In this document: positions 30,953 to 41,529 of the stretch, in pieces
Layout: each line of letters opens with the position of its first letter
How positions within the stretch are numbered: the first letter of the stretch is position 1
NCBI GenBank assembly: GCA_041737355.1
Contig: JBGSRW010000008.1
Location: forward strand, 91,700-155,699
DNA: 64,000 bases
Reading direction: 5' to 3'
Source: Patescibacteria group bacterium
GTDB taxonomy: Bacteria > Patescibacteriota > Patescibacteriia > XYB2-FULL-38-15
Program-made: the position numbers and the translations under genes
The notes under the pieces: model-generated
Database searches by the model: none
Seen by the model: only the letters and a program-made list of their open reading frames with translations
What the model was told of the DNA's origin: nothing

Positions 30953-31810
30953 TTACCGGGGCTTGTCCATTCCATGCTTAATTTTTCTAAAAAGTTCAAA
31001 AGCGTTTTTTGTTGTTTCACCGACAATTTCCTCGTAAGAAATTCCCTTCACCCTCGCAACCTCACGAGCAACATATTCCACGTACAGCGGCTCGTTACGC
31101 CCTCCGCGGTATGGTTCGGGTGTAAGATACGGGCAATCTGTTTCTACCATAACCTTGTTGGGGGGTACCTTTTCTAAAACTCCGCTGTTGTAATTGGAAA
31201 AAGTTATAACTCCGGTAAAAGAGAGCAAGAAACCAAGATTGAGATAACGTCTTGCCTCATCCCAGTTTCCGGAAAAACAGTGCATTACTCCCTTGGCGTC
31301 AAAACCGACCGACTTACGATTAAAATTTTCCAGAAGATCGATCATATCGGCATGGGCTTCGCGGCAATGAACAATAAGCGGCAGCCTTGTTGTCTCTGAA
31401 AGTCCTATAAATTTACCCAGAAGCTCTTTTTGCAAATTTTTTATTTCGTCGGGAGTTCTAACCCGTTTGTCCTGCATCGCGCCGCCGGCGCCTTCCGGCC
31501 TGGCCGTTGTCGGCAGACGGTAATAATCCAGACCTACCTCGCCAAGGGCAATAACTTTCGAATGAGCCGCTAGTTTTTCATATTCACCGATATTAAAATC
31601 TTCATCCAAAACGTGAATGGGGTGTAAGCCGACCGCCGCCCAAACACCATCGGGAAATTCTTCGGCAATTTCCACGGCCTTTTTACTGGTTTCTAGATTA
31701 CTGCCGACGTTAATTATATTAATCCCGGCATCAAGCGCTCTTTTTGCCGTTTCCCGCCAGTCGCTTTCAAATGCTTCAAAATTAAGATGGGCGTGGGTAT
31801 CAAATAACAT
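30953..31810 (-). CDS. tatD: TatD-family metal-dependent hydrolase/DNase
   Basis: DTHAHL start motif and the TatD TIM-barrel signatures. The terminator hairpin overlaps the stop codon. Confidence 0.85.
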   Translation of the reverse strand: MLFDTHAHLNFEAFESDWRETAKRALDAGINIINVGSNLETSKKAVEIAEEFPDGVWAAVGLHPIHVLDEDFNIGEYEKLAAHSKVIALGEVGLDYYRLPTTARPEGAGGAMQDKRVRTPDEIKNLQKELLGKFIGLSETTRLPLIVHCREAHADMIDLLENFNRKSVGFDAKGVMHCFSGNWDEARRYLNLGFLLSFTGVITFSNYNSGVLEKVPPNKVMVETDCPYLTPEPYRGGRNEPLYVEYVAREVARVKGISYEEIVGETTKNAFELFRKIKHGMDKPR

Positions 31811-32315
31811 AAGACTTTAACTGTTTAACAACTTCCGGGAGAAACGGTTTCAAAATTTTTCCGATAGTCATAAGGATATATCCTACCTTTGAGTCGGCCA
31901 GGGAGGATGTAAACCAATCCCCCAGCGGGAAACGGGAAGCCATGTACAATGTCAGACCCAAAACCAAAACGCCCTCTAAAAATCCAAATGCGGCACCAAG
32001 CAGCCGATTTATGGTTTTAAGAAAAGGAATAATTGTAAGAACGGAAAAAATTTTATCAACAAGCCAGAAAGCCAAACCGACAAGGCGGTTGATAATGATA
32101 AAAAGAAAAAGAAAACAGACAACTTTGGCAACGTTGCTGTCCCGGCCAAAAATAAAACTGAGCCAGGAAGCGACGCTGTCGTACCACCGGGCTGCCAAAA
32201 ACGCCCCGGCAATCGTGCCAATCAAAACCCCGACCATATGAACCAGTCCGAACCACAAACCATAGAGCACAAACCCGCCAAGGATTAAGAGAAGAATAAG
32301 GTCAAAAAGAACCAT
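31800..32315 (-). CDS. cvpA: CvpA-family membrane protein
   Basis: Four-TM colicin V production protein family pattern. Confidence 0.65.
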   Translation of the reverse strand: MVLFDLILLLILGGFVLYGLWFGLVHMVGVLIGTIAGAFLAARWYDSVASWLSFIFGRDSNVAKVVCFLFLFIIINRLVGLAFWLVDKIFSVLTIIPFLKTINRLLGAAFGFLEGVLVLGLTLYMASRFPLGDWFTSSLADSKVGYILMTIGKILKPFLPEVVKQLKSYVI

Positions 32316-32327
32316 AAGTTTTTTATA

Positions 32328-33848
32328 TTATTTCGCAAGTCTTGGAAATAATGCTGCGCCTTTTTTAATTTGTGTGCCGGGTAAGATGCCGCCCCAAAAT
32401 TTTGCTTCTTCAAAACTTTTTTTCTTTTCTTCCTCCGGAGAAAGCCCAAGCTGTTCAAAAATTTTATCTGAAGCCATTGGCATAAACGGCGCAACGAGCC
32501 ACCCGATATGGCGCAAGGTTTCAAGCAAGGTGTAAATTACTTTGGCCAGTCTTTCCTTGTCAATTTTAGCGAGCTGCCAAGGCGCTTCGGTATTAATGAA
32601 TTGATCGCAAAAAGAAATTAAATCCCAGATGTCTTTCACGGCCAGATGAAGCGCGAGTTTCTCCATATTTATTTCGTAACTCTGCCAAGTCCGCTCGACA
32701 CTGCCGGAAGTTTTCTCCGGCACCTTCCCGTCAAAATATTTTTCACACATCGCCAAAACGCGGGCTACGAGATTTCCGAGGCCATTGGCCAGCTCCGCGT
32801 TATATCTTTCTTCCAGCCGCGTAAAACTAAAATCTCCGTCTTCTCCAAGGGGAACTTCCCTGGAGAGAAAATAGCGGACTTCGTCTACGCCGTATTTTCC
32901 GGCCAGTTCCACGGGATCGACAACATTCCCAAGCGACTTGCTCATCTTTTGTCCGTCAATCGTAAAATATCCGTGAACAAATATTTGCTTCGGAGTATCT
33001 ATACCTAAAGCCAGAAGCATTGCCGGCCAGATTGTGGCGTGGACGCGCAAAATATCTTTGCTCATGAGTTGCACGTCCGCCGGCCAGAATTTTTTATAAT
33101 TGTCTTTATTATTTGGCCAACCGAGCCCGGTCAAATAATTAAGGAAAGCGTCAATCCAGACATAGAGCGTGTGGTTCTTGTCAAAAGGCAACTCTATGCC
33201 CCAGGGTACGTTTTCTTTTTTCCGGGAAATTGCTATGTCTTTCAACCCTTCTTTCTCAAAAAAAGAAATCATTTCATTTTTACGCGTTTCGGGGCCGATT
33301 CTCAGTTCATCGCTCTTTATCCGCCGCAGTAATTCGTCTTGAAATTCAGACATCCGAAACAAATATGCTTCTTCGGAACGTATTTCCGGCTCACATTTAT
33401 GGTCCGGACATTTCCCGTCAACCAGCTCCGCCCTAGTTTTATATTGTTCACATCCGACGCAATAGAGAGCCTCGTATTTTCCTTTATAAATCAATTTTTT
33501 ATCAAAAAGCTCCTGGGCGACCGCGGCCGCAGCCTCTTCGTGCGCCGGATCGGTCGTCCGGATAAAATTGTCATTTGTAATATTTAGGGTATCCCAGGCG
33601 GCGGAAAAAGAGGCGGAAATTTCATCGACGAATTCCTTGGGTTTTTTCCCGGCTTTGTCGGCAATCTGCTGGATTTTTGCCCCATGCTCGTCGGTGCCGG
33701 TCAGAAAATAAACATCCTCACCGCGCATCCGGTGATAACGCGCCAAAACATCGGCGGTAATCGTCGTATAAGCGTGGCCAATATGCGGTTTGGCATTCAC
33801 GTAATAAATCGGGGTAGTGATATAAAATTTATCCGTTTTTTTACTCAT
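32328..33848 (-). CDS. metG: Methionyl-tRNA synthetase
   Basis: HIGH (PHIGHAYT) and KMSKS motifs plus Cys-containing knuckles. Confidence 0.9.
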   Translation of the reverse strand: MSKKTDKFYITTPIYYVNAKPHIGHAYTTITADVLARYHRMRGEDVYFLTGTDEHGAKIQQIADKAGKKPKEFVDEISASFSAAWDTLNITNDNFIRTTDPAHEEAAAAVAQELFDKKLIYKGKYEALYCVGCEQYKTRAELVDGKCPDHKCEPEIRSEEAYLFRMSEFQDELLRRIKSDELRIGPETRKNEMISFFEKEGLKDIAISRKKENVPWGIELPFDKNHTLYVWIDAFLNYLTGLGWPNNKDNYKKFWPADVQLMSKDILRVHATIWPAMLLALGIDTPKQIFVHGYFTIDGQKMSKSLGNVVDPVELAGKYGVDEVRYFLSREVPLGEDGDFSFTRLEERYNAELANGLGNLVARVLAMCEKYFDGKVPEKTSGSVERTWQSYEINMEKLALHLAVKDIWDLISFCDQFINTEAPWQLAKIDKERLAKVIYTLLETLRHIGWLVAPFMPMASDKIFEQLGLSPEEEKKKSFEEAKFWGGILPGTQIKKGAALFPRLAK

Positions 33849-33860
33849 ATAAATTTATTT

Positions 33861-34532
33861 TTAGCGCTTAACCACTATGGCAAACTCTCCTTTGGTGGTA
33901 TCGGCTTTTAATTTTTCAATAACTTCGCTTACCGTGCCCCGGTAAGTTGTTTCGAACATTTTAGTCAGTTCCCGGCAAACAACTATTTCTCTCTCCCCCG
34001 CCGCCGCCCGTAACTCTTCCAGAGATTTTAAAATTCTGTAGGTTGATTCGTAAAATATCGTTGTAAATTCAGACTCAACAATCTTTTGAAAAAATTTATT
34101 CCTTCCTTTCTTGTGCGGCGGAAAACCCAGGAATAAAAATTTATCGGTCGGAAATCCGGAAATACTGGCTGCGGCCGCAACCGCGGACGGTCCGGGAATT
34201 GGAATAATTTTTACCTCATCCGGCAGAGTCCGCAAAACCTCCTCCACCAATTTTCCGCCCGGATCGGAAATAGCCGGCGTACCGGCATCGGAAACCAAAG
34301 CCAAATTTTTACCGTTACGCAATAAATCAACGATTTTCTCTATCCGCTGCAATTTGCTATGTTCGTGATAACTAAGAGTTGCTTTTTTGATATCGTATTT
34401 ATCGAGTAATTTTCTGGTTTGCCTGGTATCTTCGCATAAAATAAAATCAACCTCTTTTAAAATACGGACTGCCCGAAAGGTTATGTCCTCCAAATTTCCT
34501 ATTGGCGTAGCGATTATGTATAGATTGCTCAT
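33861..34532 (-). CDS. rsmI: 16S rRNA (cytidine1402-2'-O)-methyltransferase RsmI
   Basis: Tetrapyrrole-methylase fold; the N-terminal LYIIATPIGNLEDIT is characteristic of RsmI. Confidence 0.8.
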   Translation of the reverse strand: MSNLYIIATPIGNLEDITFRAVRILKEVDFILCEDTRQTRKLLDKYDIKKATLSYHEHSKLQRIEKIVDLLRNGKNLALVSDAGTPAISDPGGKLVEEVLRTLPDEVKIIPIPGPSAVAAAASISGFPTDKFLFLGFPPHKKGRNKFFQKIVESEFTTIFYESTYRILKSLEELRAAAGEREIVVCRELTKMFETTYRGTVSEVIEKLKADTTKGEFAIVVKR

Positions 34533-34573
34533 GAGCCGATTGTACCAATTTTATCTTTAAAATTCAAGGAAAA

Positions 34574-35122
34574 TTACCATCTCGTATTTTTAATCCGTAA
34601 AAGGTAGCCGATGTTATTTGTGGCAATGTGCAGGATCGGACTAAAAATTAAGATCACCGCCACGGCAGGCCAAGCGGGAAAATAAACCGGAGCCGCGAAA
34701 ACCAAGGCCCCGATTACAAAATCAAGCTGGTCGAAAGGAATCCATGGGGCGCCGGGAGCGATATTTACCCTTCGTTTGAAAAAACTTTTTATCAAATCTC
34801 CGAATAGGGCTCCAAAACCAAGAAGAAAGCCCAGAAGCCACCAATGCGCTTCAGGATAATTTATCAAACTAATTTTTTGAAAAGCCGAAAGCGAGTATAA
34901 AAAATATTGCAGCCAAGAAACGGCGATCGCGAGAACCACGCCAACAAAAAATCCGCGCCAGGTTTTATGATCGCCAAAAATTCTCCTACCGCCGATTGCC
35001 CTTCCGCAATCCACCGGATTATCCAGAAACTTTAATATTCCCAATTTTTGAGCAAAAACCGGCGCCATATTCGCTAGGTACGCCGGCAGCATAAAATAAA
35101 GGCATCTCAGGACAAATATCAT
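34574..35122 (-). CDS. CarS-like CDP-archaeol / CDP-diglyceride synthase family (DUF46)
   Basis: PAYLANMAPV, GDHKTWRG and GDLIKSFFKRR motifs of the CarS family. Confidence 0.65.
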   Translation of the reverse strand: MIFVLRCLYFMLPAYLANMAPVFAQKLGILKFLDNPVDCGRAIGGRRIFGDHKTWRGFFVGVVLAIAVSWLQYFLYSLSAFQKISLINYPEAHWWLLGFLLGFGALFGDLIKSFFKRRVNIAPGAPWIPFDQLDFVIGALVFAAPVYFPAWPAVAVILIFSPILHIATNNIGYLLRIKNTRW

Positions 35123-35649
35123 AAAGCTTTTTGTTCTCTTGAAATTTTTATTCCCTTAACGATATAACTTGAAAGGGCCGCGACAAGCGAACATGTTACT
35201 ATGCCAAAAAATATTCGCGGGTAAAAATCAAAAATAACCGCGAAGAACATGGCTGCCTGAAGAAAAGAATTGAGTTTTCCCCAAAAAGTATGGGAAATTG
35301 CTATATTCTTGACCTGAAAAACCATCACCCAGCCAAAAATAATAAACAAATGATAGCTTATCGCGAAAATTGCTAATCCAACCGGCAAGCCGTGTTTCAA
35401 AAATAAAATCAAAAAAGCCAAAAGCATCAAGAGCCGGTCGGCGGCTGGATCAAGGATTTTACCCAAAGTGGTAACCTGCTTGAATTTTCTAGCCAAATAT
35501 CCGTCTGCTACGTCTGTTAAAACCGCCAAGAGAAAAATTCCCGCCGCCCAAAATTTATAGGAATTGAACAAAAGTACGGCGAAAACAAAGGCCAAAGCTA
35601 TCCTGCTTAGGCTTAAAATATTGGGAAGATTTAAGTCCCTGATCTGCAT
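35119..35649 (-). CDS. pgsA: CDP-alcohol phosphatidyltransferase (PgsA-like)
   Basis: D-G-x2-A-R-x8-G-x3-D-x3-D motif (DVADGYLARK...GKILDPAADR). Confidence 0.7.
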   Translation of the reverse strand: MQIRDLNLPNILSLSRIALAFVFAVLLFNSYKFWAAGIFLLAVLTDVADGYLARKFKQVTTLGKILDPAADRLLMLLAFLILFLKHGLPVGLAIFAISYHLFIIFGWVMVFQVKNIAISHTFWGKLNSFLQAAMFFAVIFDFYPRIFFGIVTCSLVAALSSYIVKGIKISREQKAL

Positions 35650-35764
35650 ATCGTTCTTTAATTATAACAAATTTGTGCTAAATGTTCCATAAATGTCGCC
35701 AACTCCCCTCGTCCCGGTAATAAAAAAACGAATACCATCTGTACCGTTTTTTATGACCCTGCAC

Positions 35765-36976
35765 CTATTTTTTAAAAATAATCGCGTTTGGCAGATTACG
35801 GCCCGGTCCAACTTTATAGAAACCCTGGTAATAAAGAGCAGCCGAACCGCCACCATCCAAATTCATGGCTTGTTCCATGCCTAAAGATTCCATAACGTTC
35901 GCTAAGTCTATGACGGTTGCACTGCTTGCCACAACCAAATAGACTTTATTGCTTTTAATACCAACTCCGCCGCGATAACTTTTAACTGTCCTTTGGTTGT
36001 CATCAAGTTCTTGGGTTCCAACAATATTTGCGCTGTTAAAAATCAAAGCGGGTTTGTTACCTATCGCGGCACGGATTTTCGCGCTATAGGTATTCTCGAA
36101 AGTAGCAACATCCTTGAACGATTGCGTACTCAGCAAAAAATAGGGGTGGTTGTTGGTATCAAAAACCAAAATCGGACCGGTAGTCGGCCATTTGAGCTGA
36201 TCATCATTAATCATTTTTCCCAAACGGGAATTATAAACCGGATAAAAAAAGTAATTTTTGGTTGCCGCGCAGGAACCGTAGTCGGCCGCGCAGAAATAAC
36301 TGCCGTGGATAGCGGCAAAACCGCCGTTTGCACTCGCGTAATCTTCCAGTGGTTTTACCGGACAATCGGTTTCGCAGTCATTGTCGCTGGCTGTATCGGT
36401 AATTATCTCCAAACCGGACGAAGCCAGATCGATGGTCACAATCTTGACCGTGAAAGTTCCGCCGCCGGCTGTTACTTGTTTTTCTTCATAGCTTGAGTAG
36501 CTGTCGCTTGTCCCGCCGCCCGGCAAACTGCCAACCGGCATTAGAGACAAATTGGCCGTCGTAATGCCCAAAGACAATTGCCGCATAATGGAGAAAGCGT
36601 CTGCCGGCCGGCCGAGATAGTATTTTTTTCTGTCTTTCGGATAAATATAATATGCCTCGCCGTGCGATTCTACGTCCAGCAAAATTTTTCCGCTGACCGA
36701 AGCTGGGAAAATTGTATAACCAGTAATAAAGGCGTGAGTTGCCCCCAACCCCAATTTTCTCATGATCTCGAAAGCGTCGTCCGGACGACCGAGATAATAT
36801 CTTTTTAAATCATTTGGATAAACATACCAAGCCTCGCCGTGCGAATCAACCTGCAAAAGAATGTAACCCTTGAAACGTTCTGACAGGGTAAGCGCCTCGG
36901 ATCCCGTCGGAATCAAATTCGTAATTAAAAAAATGATTGCTAGCAACAAAAACTTCTTTTGGATAAACATGATCAA
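35765..36976 (-). CDS. Secreted protein with N-terminal tandem repeats and a C-terminal phosphodiester glycosidase (NAGPA-like) domain
   Basis: Signal peptide. Duplicated GEAWYVYPNDLKRYYLGRPDDAFEIMRKLGLG module. C-terminal NLDGGGSAALYY. Confidence 0.55.
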   Translation of the reverse strand: MIMFIQKKFLLLAIIFLITNLIPTGSEALTLSERFKGYILLQVDSHGEAWYVYPNDLKRYYLGRPDDAFEIMRKLGLGATHAFITGYTIFPASVSGKILLDVESHGEAYYIYPKDRKKYYLGRPADAFSIMRQLSLGITTANLSLMPVGSLPGGGTSDSYSSYEEKQVTAGGGTFTVKIVTIDLASSGLEIITDTASDNDCETDCPVKPLEDYASANGGFAAIHGSYFCAADYGSCAATKNYFFYPVYNSRLGKMINDDQLKWPTTGPILVFDTNNHPYFLLSTQSFKDVATFENTYSAKIRAAIGNKPALIFNSANIVGTQELDDNQRTVKSYRGGVGIKSNKVYLVVASSATVIDLANVMESLGMEQAMNLDGGGSAALYYQGFYKVGPGRNLPNAIIFKK

Positions 36977-37086
36977 AAAAAATTATTAAATTCATTTAAA
37001 TTATAACATTTTAATTAACTTTCGACCAAACAAATTTTAGCCAAATATTCCACAAAAAGAAAAAACCCGACAAAAGTCGGATTTTT

Positions 37087-37305
37087 TTACTGCCATTTCG
37101 CGTCCTTTTCCCTCTTGTCTTTGAGCGCTTTTATCCTGCTTTTCGATAAGCAAGTCCAACTCAGAATCCCGACAGCCGTCTTGATCGCTTCCCGCTCTTC
37201 ATTATCAAGCGAGCGCTTGTCTAGCAGACTTAATAATATTGTAGCTGCTTTTTTATCGTCCATATTATTTTTTCCCGTTTCAATATATAGTACTAGTTTT
37301 TTCAT
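37087..37305 (-). CDS. Hypothetical small protein
   Basis: ORF only. Confidence 0.3.
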   Translation of the reverse strand: MKKLVLYIETGKNNMDDKKAATILLSLLDKRSLDNEEREAIKTAVGILSWTCLSKSRIKALKDKREKDAKWQ

Positions 37306-37396
37306 GGCTCCGCATCGTGAAGGACACTAGAATAATAATCCAGAGACAAAAGGGGTGTATTTACATACCTGATTTAACTTAAATCTGCTACGTAGA

Positions 37397-37702
37397 TTAT
37401 CTTGGCACACAGAGTGTTGGCTGCCAACATTCACCGATAATACCAGTTTCTTCGTAAACATCGACACATGGATTCGACACTTCTTTGCACCAAAATTTGG
37501 GGCATTCTCCCGTTGGCTTGCTTTCACAATACCACCTCTCTTTAAAAAGCACGGTAATAGAAAAAGGTTTATTCCAAAAGTATATTACCGATAAAACAAT
37601 GATAAAAATAATTGCCACAATCACCCAAAATACGATGCGCGTCTTTTTCTTTTTTGTGACTGGAGGTTGATTATTTTGAGCTTGGGGATTTGGATTTTCC
37701 AT
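37397..37702 (-). CDS. Hypothetical membrane-anchored Cys-rich protein
   Basis: TM segment plus six Cys in the extracytoplasmic tail. Confidence 0.35.
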   Translation of the reverse strand: MENPNPQAQNNQPPVTKKKKTRIVFWVIVAIIFIIVLSVIYFWNKPFSITVLFKERWYCESKPTGECPKFWCKEVSNPCVDVYEETGIIGECWQPTLCVPR

Positions 37703-37796
37703 AGGAGAAATTTAATAATTACATCCTTTAAATTATACCATAAAATTAGTTTTCCCTAAAACCAAAACACCCCCTTTAGGGGGATGCTTTAGAAAA

Positions 37797-37868
37797 CTCC
37801 GAGGGTGGGATTCGAACCCACGACCAACCGGTTAACAGCCGGTTGCTCTGCCGCTGAGCTACCTCGGA
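37797..37868 (-). tRNA. tRNA-Asn (GUU)
   Basis: Cloverleaf TCCGAGGTAGCTCAGCGG...CTGTTAA...GGTTCGAATCCCACCCTCGGAG. Downstream ccccc/ggggg hairpin terminator. No encoded CCA. Confidence 0.85.
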
Positions 37869-37899
37869 ATAAACGATTTTTTTCCGCCCTAACAATATA

Positions 37900-39144
37900 T
37901 CAATAATCCCTTAATTTTTCAATACCTTTGAACCCCTGAATTTTTTCCAGCGCCTTAGCCTCAATTTGCCTGATTCTTTCGCGGGTTACGCCGAATTCCT
38001 CTCCGACTTCTTCCAGAGTATGAGAAACGCCGTCAACCAAACCGAAACGCATCTCCAAAATCTTCTGTTCGCGCGGCAGAAGATCCTTGATCGCTTCTTT
38101 AACATATTCCCTCAAAAGCTGCAACGCCGCCGCCCGGTCAGGAGAAACATTTTTAAAATCTTCAATGAAATCTTCAAGAACGCTGTCTTCGTCTTCATCG
38201 CCAACCGAAGTATCCAGGGAAACCGTATCCTGGGAAATTTGAATAAGATTTCTTATTTTTTCCACATCCTCCCCCATTTCCGAAGCGATCTCTTCCGGCA
38301 AGGGTTCGCGGCCCAAATCCTGGATAAGCTGGCGGGCTACCTGCTGATAACGGTTGATGGTTTCTACCATATGCACCGGAATCCTGATAGTTCTTGACTG
38401 GTCGGCCAGGGCTCTAGTTACCGCCTGCCTGATCCACCAGGTGGCGTAAGTTGAAAATTTATAGCCCTTTCTCGGATCAAATTTTTCCACCGCTCTCATC
38501 AAGCCGATATTCCCTTCCTGTATCAAGTCCGCGAGGGATAAATTTTTACCGACGAATTTTTTAGCAATGGAAACAACAAGGCGCAGATTTGCTACCATTA
38601 ATCGCTGCGACGCTTCCTGGTCTCCCAAATCCTTCCGCCTCGCAAGAGACATTTCTTCTTCGGTAGAAAGTAAGGGAACTTTTCCGATCTCGCGAAGATA
38701 CATCTGAATCGAATCGGCCGAAATATCACCGAGGTCAAGTCTCTTCTTTTCCTTGCTGACTCCGATATCGGCCAGAATTTTTTTTCTTTCTTCTTCTCTG
38801 CCCAAAATATCCTGCTTGACTTCGACAACGGAAATACCGGACTCGTCAACCATGTTCAAAAATTCTTCGTATTTCCTGACATAATTTTCAAGATCGGGAA
38901 AAGTAAACAAAATTTCCGAATCAGTCAGAAAACCCCTCATTCTCCCCTTCTCCAAGAGCGCTCTCATCACCTCTTCGGACGGAGGGGAAATTTTTGGCGC
39001 CAAAATCCGCCCCGCAGTTTTTGCTTTTTGGGGCCGCCTCGAAAGACGATTTTTTATTTTTTTCCCGGCGCCACCCTTACTGGTCTTGCTCCTTTTTTCC
39101 TTCTTTGTCTTGCTCACGGCGTGGCGCGTCTTTTTGGTAGCCAT
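37900..39144 (-). CDS. rpoD: RNA polymerase sigma factor RpoD
   Basis: Regions 2-4 conserved ([13 protein letters not shown]...). Confidence 0.9.
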   Translation of the reverse strand: MATKKTRHAVSKTKKEKRSKTSKGGAGKKIKNRLSRRPQKAKTAGRILAPKISPPSEEVMRALLEKGRMRGFLTDSEILFTFPDLENYVRKYEEFLNMVDESGISVVEVKQDILGREEERKKILADIGVSKEKKRLDLGDISADSIQMYLREIGKVPLLSTEEEMSLARRKDLGDQEASQRLMVANLRLVVSIAKKFVGKNLSLADLIQEGNIGLMRAVEKFDPRKGYKFSTYATWWIRQAVTRALADQSRTIRIPVHMVETINRYQQVARQLIQDLGREPLPEEIASEMGEDVEKIRNLIQISQDTVSLDTSVGDEDEDSVLEDFIEDFKNVSPDRAAALQLLREYVKEAIKDLLPREQKILEMRFGLVDGVSHTLEEVGEEFGVTRERIRQIEAKALEKIQGFKGIEKLRDY

Positions 39145-39243
39145 TATTTAAAAAAATAAATTTTAATGAAAATTTAATCGTCAGCAGCCAAATTACAAAA
39201 TCCCTTCCCGCTCGGTTGGTTCAACTTTATTATTTTTATAAAC

Positions 39244-41061
39244 TCAAATGTTTATAAGTTTGTTGAATTCTTCAGCCAACGTCCTGATCCCGGAAAAATC
39301 ACCCTTTTCTTCGGCTTTTTTCATTTCGCCTTCCAGACGTTTTCTCTCACGAAGAATGTAGTCTTCCCTGAGAGCCTTTGCGTTCGTCAAAACTTCTTCT
39401 TTTATTTCTTCTTCCCCAAAATCCACAAAATCATTTTCCACCAGAAGAAGGAGTTTTTCGGCGTACCTCTTTTCCGCCGGGCTCTCCCCAAACTGCTTTA
39501 TAATATCGGATAAATCGTTTTTATCCACAGCTTTATTGTAATACAAAATAATGTTTTTGTAAATTTCCCTGGCGGCCGCCTCCGGCATCATAAAAGGCTC
39601 AAGATAATCTATGGCGCTGCCCAGATAACGGGGATATTTTAAGATCAAGGCGAGAAATCTTTCCGCCAGAAGAGACGGACGACTTCTGTCCCGAAGAACC
39701 GATCCTCCTTTCACCTGAGAATCTTGAATTGTCTGGTTTTTTTCCTTTGGCATTGACTCCCTTAAAACCTGCTCAGATACGCCAAGGATGTTTGCCAATT
39801 TTTCCAAATAATATGTCTGCTCGACTTTATCCTGTATTTTGATAAGCTCGCCAAGCAGCAGGCGGGCGGCCTTCTTTTTATCGTCTATCTTCCGGAGATC
39901 GAGACCGGCCAAAGTTTTTTTAATAAAATAATCCATAAAAGCCATCGCATTGCCGATAGCTTCACGCCAAAGATTCGGATCCTTTTTGATATAATCGTCC
40001 GGGTCTTTCCCGATTTCGGGAGTTAACATTATAACTTTTATGTTGATCCCTTCATGCAAAGCAACGTCTATCCCCCGCACGGCCGCGGCTCCGCCGGCAA
40101 GATCAGCATCAAAAGAAATTGCCAGATTATCAGAATATCTTTTCAACAAATGGACCTGGTCGAGCGTCATGGCTGTTCCGGATGAGGCAACGACATTTTT
40201 GACGCCGGCCTGATGCGAAGCGATAACATCCATGTTACCTTCGACCATTACCGCCAAATTTTCCTTTTTGATTTCCTGCTTGGCAAAATCCAAACCGTAA
40301 ATTACCCGGCTCTTGTCGTAGACCAATGTTTGCGGAGTGTTGACATACTTGCCGCCGGCATTTTCCTTTTTCTCCGCTTCGGGCATCACGCGTCCGGTAA
40401 AACCGACCGTATGGCCGTGAACGTCGCGGATGGGAAACATTATTCTCCCCCTGAAACGATCGTAATATCCCGGCCCCCTTTCTTTCTTGGCGGAAAGACC
40501 GGCCAAAAAAATGTCTTTTTCCGCGAAACCCTTACCGCGCAAAAATTTCAATGCGGCATCCCACGAGTCGGGAGCGAACCCGAGAAAAAATTTCTCCACG
40601 GTTTCTTCGGCCAGAGCGCGTTTGCCGAAAAGATACTGGCGGGCGGCGGCCGCTTCCGGAGCGCCGAGTAGATTTTGATGATAAAACCTGGCAGCAGCGT
40701 CAAGAATATCGAGTAATTTTGTTTTCTGATTGGATAAACTTTTATCCTCATAGTGTAAAACTACGCCTGCCTTTTTGGCTAAAATTTTTAAGGCTTCGGG
40801 AAATTCCATGTTTTCTATTTTTTGGACAAAACTGAAAACGTCGCCTCCTTCACCGCAGCCGAAACAATGCCAGATCTGCTTATCCTTGGAAACCATAAAA
40901 GAAGGGGTCTTCTCATTATGAAACGGACAAAGACCCTTCCAATTACCGCCCGCCTGCTTCATGTTCGGGACATATTCGCCGATTACCTCAACGATGTCCA
41001 GGCGGTTTTTAATTTCTTCAACTTGCGAATCTGGCATAGTTAACGATATTCGTCTTGACAA
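39244..41061 (-). CDS. dnaG: DNA primase
   Basis: CPFHNEKTPSF...CFGCG zinc finger and a TOPRIM domain. Confidence 0.9.
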   Translation of the reverse strand: MSRRISLTMPDSQVEEIKNRLDIVEVIGEYVPNMKQAGGNWKGLCPFHNEKTPSFMVSKDKQIWHCFGCGEGGDVFSFVQKIENMEFPEALKILAKKAGVVLHYEDKSLSNQKTKLLDILDAAARFYHQNLLGAPEAAAARQYLFGKRALAEETVEKFFLGFAPDSWDAALKFLRGKGFAEKDIFLAGLSAKKERGPGYYDRFRGRIMFPIRDVHGHTVGFTGRVMPEAEKKENAGGKYVNTPQTLVYDKSRVIYGLDFAKQEIKKENLAVMVEGNMDVIASHQAGVKNVVASSGTAMTLDQVHLLKRYSDNLAISFDADLAGGAAAVRGIDVALHEGINIKVIMLTPEIGKDPDDYIKKDPNLWREAIGNAMAFMDYFIKKTLAGLDLRKIDDKKKAARLLLGELIKIQDKVEQTYYLEKLANILGVSEQVLRESMPKEKNQTIQDSQVKGGSVLRDRSRPSLLAERFLALILKYPRYLGSAIDYLEPFMMPEAAAREIYKNIILYYNKAVDKNDLSDIIKQFGESPAEKRYAEKLLLLVENDFVDFGEEEIKEEVLTNAKALREDYILRERKRLEGEMKKAEEKGDFSGIRTLAEEFNKLINI

Positions 41062-41083
41062 AAAATATTAAACATCATAGTAT
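41055..41083 (+). promoter_or_regulatory. Consensus sigma70 promoter of cassette J (TTGACA-17-TAGTAT)
   Basis: Exact TTGACA and a 17-nt spacer. Followed by AAAAGGAGG and ATG 41126. Confidence 0.45.
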
Positions 41084-41125
41084 GGTTTTATCATGCGGAC
41101 AATCTCTGCTAAAAAGGAGGACAGC

Positions 41126-41377
41126 ATGGCAGACAAGTGTGCGAAATTCCAGGCTATCTACCGGGCGATCGATAACGGCCAAATCAAGCTGGGACAGCGA
41201 GAGGGCAAGACAATCGTCATTGACTTTGGCCCTTACTGGCCGAGGCTCGTCCTGAAGGCGATCGCCCACAAGGAAAACGGCAACTGTTACAACTTCTGGT
41301 GCAAGGGGCACGCCCCCATGGACAGCGCTCTGCGACGCCTGCAATCCCTTAAATCCCTGTACCAGTCCTGCCGCTGA
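41126..41377 (+). CDS. Hypothetical small protein, 83 aa (cassette J)
   Basis: Strong SD. G+C-rich. cccggg/cccggg hairpin plus T5 terminator follows. Confidence 0.45.
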   Translation: MADKCAKFQAIYRAIDNGQIKLGQREGKTIVIDFGPYWPRLVLKAIAHKENGNCYNFWCKGHAPMDSALRRLQSLKSLYQSCR

Positions 41378-41398
41378 CGCGCACCGCGACATAGTTCA

Positions 41399-41430
41399 CC
41401 CCGGGCTCATCTTATGACCCGGGTTTTTAT
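41399..41430 (+). terminator. Terminator of cassette J
   Basis: cccggg ... cccggg hairpin followed by ttttt. Confidence 0.55.
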
Positions 41431-41529
41431 TTTAAAATAATTCCAGTCGCTTTTGAGCTAAATTTATGCTACAATGAATACAAGTTATTTGCTTTAATAT
41501 TGTAGTTTAAACTCAACTTAAAGTAAAGT

